64,000 nucleotides of DNA, taken from contig JAUNFS010000003.1 in the NCBI GenBank assembly GCA_030524925.1, positions 2,146-66,145 of the forward strand. Direction: 5' to 3'. Of this stretch, positions 25,405-33,738 are shown one piece after another. The notes beneath the pieces were generated by a model. That model did no database searches. It had not been told where the DNA came from and worked only from the letters and a program-made list of their open reading frames with translations. The position numbers and the translations under genes are program-made. Source of the stretch: a bacterium. GTDB lineage: Bacteria; Bacillota_I; Bacilli_A; RF39; UBA660. Numbering within the stretch: the stretch's first letter is position 1; the number at the start of each line of letters is the position of its first letter.

Positions 25405-25859
25405 GAACTAATACCTGTACGATCTGGGAAGTATGTACTTGGCTTATTCTTACTATTATGGGCATCTTCTAAAATGCCATCAATTTTGTTTACTACAGCA
25501 TAATTTTCTTGGGTACTCTCAACGTTGAATGAGCCAGTCACGGTTGCTACTTTAACACTTACTTTTGGTGGTGCTTCATATATATCATAGAAAGATATTT
25601 TGTAGTTTTTATTAATATTTATGGTTTCTGAAAATCTTCTAATAAAGTTTTCTACAAATTTTTCTTTAATAATTCTTATTTCCCCGTACTTACGATAATG
25701 AGCTAAATCTAATGAATCTCCTAGAGCTGCATCTGTTATTTCTTTAATTAAATATACGTCTTGTTCGTTAGTGGTTGAATAGTTTTGTAAGATTAGCATT
25801 ATTCCTAGAATACCTAGTCCAAAAACTATAATCCAATATCCCCATACACTTTCTTTCAT
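25398..25859 (-). CDS. pseudopilin-like protein (153 aa)
   Basis: MKESVWG, hydrophobic YWIIVFGLGILGIMLIL, then a soluble domain. AGGAGGTG SD. Confidence 0.5.
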   Translation of the reverse strand: MKESVWGYWIIVFGLGILGIMLILQNYSTTNEQDVYLIKEITDAALGDSLDLAHYRKYGEIRIIKEKFVENFIRRFSETININKNYKISFYDIYEAPPKVSVKVATVTGSFNVESTQENYAVVNKIDGILEDAHNSKNKPSTYFPDRTGISSR

Positions 25860-25874
25860 TTACTTTTGCACCTC

Positions 25875-28800
25875 CTATGGATAGATAATACTATCATCGT
25901 CAATATTTACGTCTGGATAGCCGTCTGGCAATAACTGTCTCATTGTACCTACTTTAAATTGATTATCGCTAGCAAAATAGTATTTGTACTTTTGTCTACC
26001 AGATGTATTACTTGCATATCTTGTAACAAAGCTACTTATACATTCTTTGCCATCACTGTTACAGCTAAATAAGCCGCCTGAATAGCCACTGCTCCAGTCA
26101 TAGTAGTTACTATTCTTATTATATTTCTTGATTTCTTGCATTGTTTTAGTATCTAAATTAAATACATATTCAAGAGTTTCGGAATCTGGTGTATCGTCAA
26201 ACATTCCGTCTTTTAAACCAATTTGCTTGATTCGGCTTTCAGCTGCCTCGCCTTTGGCATTTGACCAGTTATCACCTAAATCTCCACTATCTTTACGATT
26301 ATTTGGATCCATGTTGCTAGGATTTATAGTTCTATAAATGTATTCTGGATAGAAATCTTCGCTTTCTCTTCCATCGCAATCAGGTCCTTGACAGCACTCC
26401 GCTCCAAAACAACAAGTAGGACAATCACGGTCGTATAGCACCTCTCTATTACAATATACACATAAACTTTCAAATACGTTTCCTTCTGCTAATTTTTGAT
26501 TTATACGATATTGTACATTAGATTCATTTTTACTTTTACCCTTAGGCTCTATTTCTAAGTGGCCATTATTTTCAATTGTAAACCAAGTTCTATATTTACC
26601 TTGATAATTTGTTATTTGTACATTAAATACATAACCTATTTCTAAAACATCAGGATAACTATAACTTTGCTGGTCAGTAATATATAAACCGCTTGGTACT
26701 AAGCTATAGTAGCCAACTGTTGGTTTATAGTATAGGTCAGCTTTACCAGTTTTTTCACTGTCAGCTTCTCCTCTATCTGTTTCCTCAACATTTTCATAAG
26801 CTGTGTTATAACCTTTTGAATAATCATTTGCTCCTAATTTTCCATAAAGAGGGCCTTCATGCTTACCGCTTGTATCTTTGTAATTTACATTTGTACTATT
26901 TGTTGTTGCTCCAGATGTATTTGGAAGTGTACTTACATGTGTCCAATATTTGCCATCTGATTCTACAGATTTAACAAACTCTACTTCTTGCTCTACAACT
27001 TTAGTATTACCACTTACTGAATCGTAGTATTGTTGCGTATATGTAAATGATAGATCAGGATCTAAAATATATTTCCATGAATTTTTAAAATTACTATTAG
27101 CTTTTTGACAAGAAGTCTTTTTTTCTTCTAGGCCTTGACGTTTTTCGTATGCTTTAACATATGCGTTATGAGCACCTACAACATTTGTTGATGGTTTTGG
27201 TGACACGGCGCAAATTTGTGATGTTGTCCATGAAACAGTTTCTTTTCCTCTTACTCCACTATTGTAAACACCATAATAATAATCATCTTGGGTTCTACCT
27301 GTATATGTAATATATTTTTCTTGTGACCAGCCTAAGCAATGATTATCTTCAGGGTCACGACCACCAGAACAATACCAACAACTGGAATTCATTGGGTGAC
27401 TTGCAGAATCATCTATTGCATCTTGCAGATTAGCTTCTTTTTGCCATGCATCAAATTTTGCCTTTTCATCTCTTACAGCAGCAAGATAATCTCTTTGCCA
27501 TACGTCGTAAGCTGTATAGAAGAAGGCAGTGATTTCACCTTTAACTTCTGGCTGAGAATATTGTCCATCGGAGTCTTTAGTAAATACGAAGAATCTACCA
27601 CTTGTAGATGCAGTTGTCATTGGGTAAATCATGTGATTATTCTCTGTTGTATAAAGTTTGCAATATTCGTTTGTTTCAATATTATTATTGTTATTGAATG
27701 TTTTATCACGCCAGTATTGCATTGCATTTTTTGTATAGTTTTGAAAGCTATCTAAAGTTGCTTGATTATTCATAACTTTATCTTCATATTTTTTTAATTT
27801 GCTCAATAATCCATCACGATTTACTTGTTCTACAGATGAATCTGATGGCATTTGGTTTACTGTTGAGCCATCTGACGCACATTCGCCTTGACAATCCATT
27901 ATTAAATTAACATGGTCTTGATCTTTGCATTGTTCATTATAAATTTCTTCTTGAGATTTTGAAAGATTGAAATTTTCAAGTCCTTCACAACATCCTGCGT
28001 TAATGTATTCTTCTATAGTTGCGTTTTTATTCCCTAATTTTAATTGGCCATTTTCATATTTACATACATTTGGTAGAGTGATGTCTAAGTCAAATGTTAG
28101 TTTGTGATGCATGCTGTCTAAGTAGCCAACCATTCTTTGGTTTGATTCATTTGGGCTTTCTACTAATAAGCCTACGCCTGATGCTCCAAATGGGAAGAAA
28201 TATTTATAGTCAATTTCAACTGTTATTTTAGGATTTGAAGCTATTTCTTCATAACTTCCGTATACTTCTAGTTCAAATGTATCATCGCCATTTAACAAGT
28301 CTGTTCCTTCAGAAATGTTTGCTTTGCACTCACCTTTTGAACAGCTTACTTTTTCAAAGGTTATTTCTGGGTTTAGATATGCAAGGCCATAACTTGAGAT
28401 TGCATTTTTAATATCCTCAATACCTTCAACTTTTACTTTTACTTTTTTATGGTAGCCGTATGATGAACCAGGAACATCTTCTGGAGTTCCGTCTACGACA
28501 AATTCTATATTATAATCTTTGGTTTCTGCTGTATAAATTCCTCCGTAGCCACTTAAAAATGTTCTACAGAAAGCACTTGAGCCACCTGCTAGTTTACCAG
28601 CACAGTAGATTGCTTGAGATGCTTGGTAGTTTTGGTCAGTCTTAAGTGTTGGAAATTTAGGATATTTAGGTTCTAAACCTTCAAAAGCGTTAGCTCCATT
28701 AATATATTTTTCAATGCTTTCCCATTCAGCTCCACCACTTTTGCCATAACCTAGGCCGGCATTAAAAAATCTTACTGCGGTATTGATATCAATATAATCT

Positions 28801-29156
28801 ACAGAATTTTTTTCTGCCAAATAGATTTGATGCATCTTTATAAGTCCAGCATCATAACCACCATTATCAACTGATAACTCTTTACCATAATATAATGTTT
28901 TAGGAGTGTTTCTGTTTGGGTCAATACAATATAAGTCAACTTCAGTGCCTTCAATTGTTGTTTTGTGATGCCAGCTAGTTGTTGTATATCCATCAGTAAA
29001 TACATAACCAGTAGTTTCTGTTGGGTTATCTGTAAGAGGAGTTTCTAATAAACAGTAGCCATTAGCTGCTGAAGGTCTGCCATCACATATACCATTTGAG
29101 GCATCAACATTTATAGTTACAAATAAAAGAGATATTAATAATAGATACTTCTTCAT
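25875..29156 (-). CDS. 1093-aa secreted Cys-rich protein, N-terminal thioester-domain-like region, no cell-wall sorting signal
   Basis: Signal peptide MKKYLLLISLLFVTINVDAS. LYCIDPNRNTP...NSVDYIDINTAVRFF parallels the adhesin motif at 12089-12223. About 29 Cys, including CPTCCFGAECCQGPDC. C-terminus lacks LPxTG and a TM. Confidence 0.6.
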   Translation of the reverse strand: MKKYLLLISLLFVTINVDASNGICDGRPSAANGYCLLETPLTDNPTETTGYVFTDGYTTTSWHHKTTIEGTEVDLYCIDPNRNTPKTLYYGKELSVDNGGYDAGLIKMHQIYLAEKNSVDYIDINTAVRFFNAGLGYGKSGGAEWESIEKYINGANAFEGLEPKYPKFPTLKTDQNYQASQAIYCAGKLAGGSSAFCRTFLSGYGGIYTAETKDYNIEFVVDGTPEDVPGSSYGYHKKVKVKVEGIEDIKNAISSYGLAYLNPEITFEKVSCSKGECKANISEGTDLLNGDDTFELEVYGSYEEIASNPKITVEIDYKYFFPFGASGVGLLVESPNESNQRMVGYLDSMHHKLTFDLDITLPNVCKYENGQLKLGNKNATIEEYINAGCCEGLENFNLSKSQEEIYNEQCKDQDHVNLIMDCQGECASDGSTVNQMPSDSSVEQVNRDGLLSKLKKYEDKVMNNQATLDSFQNYTKNAMQYWRDKTFNNNNNIETNEYCKLYTTENNHMIYPMTTASTSGRFFVFTKDSDGQYSQPEVKGEITAFFYTAYDVWQRDYLAAVRDEKAKFDAWQKEANLQDAIDDSASHPMNSSCWYCSGGRDPEDNHCLGWSQEKYITYTGRTQDDYYYGVYNSGVRGKETVSWTTSQICAVSPKPSTNVVGAHNAYVKAYEKRQGLEEKKTSCQKANSNFKNSWKYILDPDLSFTYTQQYYDSVSGNTKVVEQEVEFVKSVESDGKYWTHVSTLPNTSGATTNSTNVNYKDTSGKHEGPLYGKLGANDYSKGYNTAYENVEETDRGEADSEKTGKADLYYKPTVGYYSLVPSGLYITDQQSYSYPDVLEIGYVFNVQITNYQGKYRTWFTIENNGHLEIEPKGKSKNESNVQYRINQKLAEGNVFESLCVYCNREVLYDRDCPTCCFGAECCQGPDCDGRESEDFYPEYIYRTINPSNMDPNNRKDSGDLGDNWSNAKGEAAESRIKQIGLKDGMFDDTPDSETLEYVFNLDTKTMQEIKKYNKNSNYYDWSSGYSGGLFSCNSDGKECISSFVTRYASNTSGRQKYKYYFASDNQFKVGTMRQLLPDGYPDVNIDDDSIIYP

Positions 29157-29854
29157 TATAATACACGCTTCTTTCTATAAATTATCACACCTACTACACC
29201 ACCAGCTATTAAAACTGTTCCCCCAATTATGTATAGATAATTTTCTTTTAAGAACTTTAAAAACTTATTTTCTTTAGTTGGATCAGCATCGCCGTCTTTG
29301 CCATTTTCTATCTCTGTTATTTTATTTACTATTTGAGTAATATCCATGTCTACTTCTTTAGTAACAAAAGTTTGACAGTATGGTAAGTCTTCATGCCCTT
29401 TACATACTAAATATTCTGAATAAGGATTATATTTTGGTTTAGTAAATGAAAAACTTCTTAATCTTTTTCTACCGCAATTTTCAGTGCTTGAATATACAAT
29501 AATGTCATAAGATATGATATTATCTTGATCTTCTGATGTTATTGTATATTTACCATTTTCAGTATCACTGTAATATATTGATTTTTTTTCTTTGGTTTTA
29601 GAGTCAGTTACTTCTAATGATAAATTTTCAGTTATATTATAAAAAGATATAATAAAGTTATAACTTATTTGCTCGTACTCGCCACCGCCTTCACTAGTAA
29701 CTTTATTTTTGATTTCTTTTAATTCATAATTTGCTTGTACTAGTGCTGCTTCTTTATTTAGATTTGCTTGTTCTTTGTATGAACATTCAGCGGCATAAAC
29801 GTTAACATAAAAAAACAATAAAGGTATTAATATTTTAAAATATTTCACATCCAT
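29156..29854 (-). CDS. signal-peptide protein with C-terminal TM anchor (about 230 aa)
   Basis: KYFKILIPLLFFYVNVYA-AEC signal. C-terminal YIIGGTVLIAGGVVGVIIYRKKRVL. Start is ambiguous (ATG 29854 or GTG 29848 after AGGTGA). Stop overlaps the next start (ATGA). Confidence 0.55.
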   Translation of the reverse strand: MDVKYFKILIPLLFFYVNVYAAECSYKEQANLNKEAALVQANYELKEIKNKVTSEGGGEYEQISYNFIISFYNITENLSLEVTDSKTKEKKSIYYSDTENGKYTITSEDQDNIISYDIIVYSSTENCGRKRLRSFSFTKPKYNPYSEYLVCKGHEDLPYCQTFVTKEVDMDITQIVNKITEIENGKDGDADPTKENKFLKFLKENYLYIIGGTVLIAGGVVGVIIYRKKRVL

Positions 29855-29870
29855 CACCTATCCTATGACA

Positions 29871-29899
29871 AGTATAGCATAACTAAGTGTCATTTTCAA
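29871..29899 (-). promoter_or_regulatory. candidate promoter of the seven-gene operon
   Basis: Minus strand TTGAAA-N17-TATACT. Confidence 0.5.
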
Positions 29900-29955
29900 A
29901 CTATTTTAAGGTGTTAAACGATGAATTTTTATGGTATATTAGTGTTGGTGAAATA

Positions 29956-30510
29956 ATGAAAAAGTATAAAACTATTAAAATCTTATTTATATTTTTAGTT
30001 GCTTCTAGTATTTCAAATAAATATCCTTTATTTGGTGGATTATTTGGAGTATTATTAATTTACTTTTTAAATTTTAAAGATGTTAATAAAAAACTTAGTT
30101 TTAGTAAGAGAAATTTAAAGTATTTACTTTTTGGATCACTTGTTTGTTTGTTATTTTTTATTAAGTATTTTATAGGAAATAGTGAGCATGATAGTTTTTT
30201 AATTTCATTAATAAATGCGAGAGCTTGGTATTATTTTATATATTTGGTAATACTTTCCCCTATTTTGGAAGAGCTTACTTTTAGATATGGGTTTGATACT
30301 ATTAAAAATGAGTATTTGTATTTAATAATTAGTTCTTTATTATTTAGTGTTATTAGAGTTAATAGTTTATCTGAATATTTATATTTTATTATTGCTTTTA
30401 TATTTAGTTTACTTTTAGGTTATGTTTATAGGAAAAGTGATGATATTAAGTTACCAATATGTTTTCATATGTTATATAATTTGTTATTTTATTTAATGGT
30501 GGTGTTCTAA
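29956..30510 (+). CDS. CPBP family intramembrane protease
   Basis: LEELTFRYGF and CFHMLYNL motifs, polytopic. ATG 29956 follows GGTGAA; the track start 29887 is unlikely. Confidence 0.7.
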   Translation: MKKYKTIKILFIFLVASSISNKYPLFGGLFGVLLIYFLNFKDVNKKLSFSKRNLKYLLFGSLVCLLFFIKYFIGNSEHDSFLISLINARAWYYFIYLVILSPILEELTFRYGFDTIKNEYLYLIISSLLFSVIRVNSLSEYLYFIIAFIFSLLLGYVYRKSDDIKLPICFHMLYNLLFYLMVVF

Positions 30511-31349
30511 TGAAGAAAGAAAATAAAAAGGGATTGTTATATAGGATTATTATTTTTTTAGTTATCTTAGTGTTTTTAACCTATTTAGATGCTAGATATA
30601 TTGGTACTAAGGGTTTAGTTATTAGAGAAGAAGCTATTACTAGTGAGAATTTACCAGAAGCTTTTAATGGGTTTAAGATAGTTCACTTTTCTGATTTACA
30701 TTATGGGACAACAGTGTTTTTAGAAGAACTTGAAAATTTAGTTGAGAAGATCAATTTATTAAATCCGGATATTGTGGTTTTTACTGGTGATTTAATAGAT
30801 AAGAATTATAAGTTAACTGATGAAGAAAAGAATGATGTTATTAATGTACTTAAAAAAATAAATCCTAAAGAGGAAGTTTATGCAGTTAGAGGTAATCATG
30901 ATAGTAATGATTATTTTGAAAGTATTATGTCACTTTCTAATATTATTTTACTTAATAATAGTAATGTTAATATTTATAATGGTTCTTTAGATTATATTAG
31001 TTTGATTGGTTTAGATGATTATTTAGAAGGTAATTTAGATTTAAGTAAGGCTTATGAAGGAATATCTGATGATAGTTATAAGATTATGCTTACGCATGCT
31101 CCGGATGTTATTGATAAGTTAGAGGTATTACCAGATTTAATACTTGCTGGTCACTCTCATAATGGTCAAGTTAGAATTCCGTTTATACCACCTTTATTTA
31201 AGGTTAATGGTGCTAGAACTTATAATGATGAGAAGTATGTACTTGATAATTCTTTACTTTATATTAGTGGTGGTGTTGGTACTAGTAGATATCCACTTAG
31301 GTTATTTAATAAGCCTTCTATTAATTTATATCGCTTTTATAGTAAATAA
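30510..31349 (+). CDS. membrane-anchored metallophosphoesterase (YkuE/calcineurin-like)
   Basis: HFSDLHYG, TGDLID, RGNHD, AGHSHNGQ. Confidence 0.8.
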   Translation: MKKENKKGLLYRIIIFLVILVFLTYLDARYIGTKGLVIREEAITSENLPEAFNGFKIVHFSDLHYGTTVFLEELENLVEKINLLNPDIVVFTGDLIDKNYKLTDEEKNDVINVLKKINPKEEVYAVRGNHDSNDYFESIMSLSNIILLNNSNVNIYNGSLDYISLIGLDDYLEGNLDLSKAYEGISDDSYKIMLTHAPDVIDKLEVLPDLILAGHSHNGQVRIPFIPPLFKVNGARTYNDEKYVLDNSLLYISGGVGTSRYPLRLFNKPSINLYRFYSK

Positions 31350-31376
31350 CATATAATACTCTGAGAGGAGTTTATT

Positions 31377-31607
31377 ATGTATTACAATTATCAAAATTAT
31401 CCTAATATGAGTGGTGAAAGACAATTTTGGTTTCCTTTTTTACTTGGAGGACTTGGTGGAGCTGCTGTAGTATCTGCTTCTAGACCAAGACCAGTGTATG
31501 CTGTAAATAATATGCCATACCAAGGTAATTATCAAATGCCACCTACTATGCCACCTTATGGATATAATTACTATGGAGGATATAATTATTATCCACCTTA
31601 TAGATAA
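31377..31607 (+). CDS. 76-aa Tyr/Pro/Asn/Gly-rich protein with one central hydrophobic segment
   Basis: GAGAGGAG SD. MYYNYQNYPN...FWFPFLLGGLGGAAVV...PPYGYNYYGGYNYYPPYR. Confidence 0.45.
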   Translation: MYYNYQNYPNMSGERQFWFPFLLGGLGGAAVVSASRPRPVYAVNNMPYQGNYQMPPTMPPYGYNYYGGYNYYPPYR

Positions 31608-32680
31608 GTATCATCTGATACTTTTTTTAGTGTTAGAGTAAGTAAGATCATATTAGATAATAAGCTAGAGCCACCATATGATAGAAATGGTAGTGTGATG
31701 CCGATTATTGGAAATAAACCGATGTTCATAAGGACGTTGATAGTTAACTGAATTGTCACAACTGATAAAAGAGATATTTTTAGGTATTTATCAGTTTTTA
31801 ATTTGGTTATTAGGATGAGCATTGCTAGGTAAATTATTAAAAAGATGCTTGCTCCCATGATACCACATGATGCTAGTAAAAGTGTAAAAGCAAAGTCAGT
31901 AGTGCTTTCTGGAAAGTATAAATAGTCTTTGATACCAAAAATAGATGATGATTTAATGCTGTCTAGTGCAGTGTTTATTTGGTACCCTTCTCCTTTGGTA
32001 AATGAAGTTATGCGGTCCATACGGTAGAAAAATGAGGTTCCAAAGATATTTATGAATAAGTCTTGTTTTTGATAGTATAAATATAGGAATAGCCCACCAA
32101 ATATTAGGATGATGGATGCTAGAATAAAGTATATTTTTTTAGGATATTTATAGAGAAATAAAAATGATAAATAGATGATTAAATAGATGATAACGGCACC
32201 CGTGTCTGGCTCTAAGAAGGTTAAAAGACTCGGTATTAAAGTAAGCATTGTACTATAAATAAAAAATTTTAATTTACTATATCTTTTTAGAGAAATGGTT
32301 CTAAGTGATAGAATAAGAGCAATTTTCATAAACTCGCTTGTTTGAAAACTGATACTACCTATTTGAAGCCAGCACCTACTGCCACCAACATTGACACCAA
32401 ATATAAGAGTTACTAGTAGTAAAATGTTTCCTAGAATATAAAAATATTTGGAATTATTTAAGATAAAGTTAGAGTTTATTTTTGATGATAAGTAAATTAG
32501 AGCAAATGAAAAAATATACCAAATAAGCTGTTTTAAGTAGAGATTTTGGTATGATAGTGAAATAAATTTTGCACAGTATAAATTATAAATGCTTATTATA
32601 GATATTAAAAAGATAGTAATTAAAATATAATATTTCTTTTTCATGTTATTATTGTGGCAAATTATGTATTTTTTAATCAT
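31598..32680 (-). CDS. SEDS family glycosyltransferase (FtsW/RodA/SpoVE)
   Basis: 10 TM, SEFMK, LPFLSYGGSS C-terminal motif. Start ambiguous (32680 or 32644). Confidence 0.8.
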   Translation of the reverse strand: MIKKYIICHNNNMKKKYYILITIFLISIISIYNLYCAKFISLSYQNLYLKQLIWYIFSFALIYLSSKINSNFILNNSKYFYILGNILLLVTLIFGVNVGGSRCWLQIGSISFQTSEFMKIALILSLRTISLKRYSKLKFFIYSTMLTLIPSLLTFLEPDTGAVIIYLIIYLSFLFLYKYPKKIYFILASIILIFGGLFLYLYYQKQDLFINIFGTSFFYRMDRITSFTKGEGYQINTALDSIKSSSIFGIKDYLYFPESTTDFAFTLLLASCGIMGASIFLIIYLAMLILITKLKTDKYLKISLLSVVTIQLTINVLMNIGLFPIIGITLPFLSYGGSSLLSNMILLTLTLKKVSDDTYL

Positions 32681-32694
32681 ATATTTTATTAAAG

Positions 32695-32931
32695 GTGATT
32701 AATGTGAGTAATTTATATAAAAATGAGTTTGATGAAGATATCGTGAAGTATACATTTCCAATAAATGAGAGAAGTAAGGATCCTTTTGAGGTGCTTCCTG
32801 CTAGAATTAAGTTTAAGGTTAATGGCAAAGTATCAGAGAGAATTATAATTGGTGCTACGGATAATTATATTGTGACAAGTTTTAAGGAAGTAATTGATAA
32901 AAAAAATGTTTCAGATATTGAAACATTATGA
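32695..32931 (+). CDS. hypothetical 78-aa protein
   Basis: GTG start after AAAGGTGA. No motif recognised. Confidence 0.35.
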   Translation: MINVSNLYKNEFDEDIVKYTFPINERSKDPFEVLPARIKFKVNGKVSERIIIGATDNYIVTSFKEVIDKKNVSDIETL

Positions 32932-33687
32932 GATTTTACTGTATTTAAGTATGTAATAGTCAATTGTTGGGATAGTATTTATTAGAAATTCGTAGTTATT
33001 AAAATACATAAATATTTCAGATGGATTTCCTAGCGAATAGTATCCTCTTGGGGCATCATAAGCTTGTTCTAGGGTGTCGTCAAAATATTTTATGAAGTAT
33101 TTATTAGCTTTATTTATTTTATTTAGATATGATTTAGCTTTTTTATCATTACCCATTTTATAGTATAGAGCAAATAATGGAAATAACATTTCTAGAGATT
33201 CTTCGGGATACTTTTTGTAAAATTTTAGCATTTCGCTTTCTTCTTCTAAACAAGCAAGTAAGGCCATTTTTAAATATCTAGTACCAGTATTGTCATTTTC
33301 ATTTAATCTTAGTATTTCATCGCATACACTAAGGGCTTGTTTTATTTTGCCATCATTTGCTAGGTAAGATGCTTTTAAATAAAGGGCTCTAATGTAGGGT
33401 CTTGTTTCAAAAACACCGTAAAATATTCCTATATAATCTTTTTCAAAGTACCCTTCTTTTGTTAATTTGTTTTTTTCTTTTTCTATTGAATCATTTAGGA
33501 GTTTATCTCTTTTTAAGGGATTTTCTTCCATACGAATTTGAAAAAGTGTAGCATCTAAGAAATCCGGGCAAATTTTAAGGGCCTCTTTTGATAATCTTAG
33601 AGCTTCTTTCTTGGTTTTAGCATATTCTGCTGTTTCTAATAAGTCAAATGCTTGAGCTTTAGGACTTATTTCATAGTCTGTTTTCAT
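32926..33687 (-). CDS. TPR-like helical repeat protein
   Basis: Helical repeats with A/L/Y spacing (ALRLSKEALKICPDF, ALYLKASYLANDGKIKQALSVCDEILRLN). Confidence 0.5.
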   Translation of the reverse strand: MKTDYEISPKAQAFDLLETAEYAKTKKEALRLSKEALKICPDFLDATLFQIRMEENPLKRDKLLNDSIEKEKNKLTKEGYFEKDYIGIFYGVFETRPYIRALYLKASYLANDGKIKQALSVCDEILRLNENDNTGTRYLKMALLACLEEESEMLKFYKKYPEESLEMLFPLFALYYKMGNDKKAKSYLNKINKANKYFIKYFDDTLEQAYDAPRGYYSLGNPSEIFMYFNNYEFLINTIPTIDYYILKYSKIS

Positions 33688-33738
33688 TATAATACCTCTT
33701 TTCTACTTATTTAATAACCAATCAATTTTTTGAATTTA

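Larger units (their letters stand above)
23062..29854 (-). other. seven-gene operon: candidate Tad/Flp-flavoured surface-fibre module
   Basis: Co-directional genes with short gaps or overlaps. Outer promoter at 29871-29899 and terminator at 23024-23052. Internal terminator plus promoter at 25337-25404. Confidence 0.6.

Noticed and set aside
25211-25465. 84-aa minus-strand ORF spanning the 153-aa/82-aa intergenic region
   Set aside because: It runs through the terminator hairpin and the promoter and overlaps two better-supported genes out of frame.
26128-28645. Four plus-strand ORFs (26128-26337, 26693-26974, 27339-27755, 28460-28645)
   Set aside because: All are antisense to the uninterrupted 1093-aa gene. 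They are low-complexity Leu/Phe/Ile/Cys-rich translations without SDs.
23062-29857. The seven-gene operon as a prophage tail/host-recognition module or a conjugative T4SS fragment
   Set aside because: There is no terminase, portal, capsid, tape-measure, VirB4/VirD4 ATPase, relaxase or lysis gene. The products have signal peptides or prepilin-like anchors rather than phage structural features. This cannot be fully excluded without searches.
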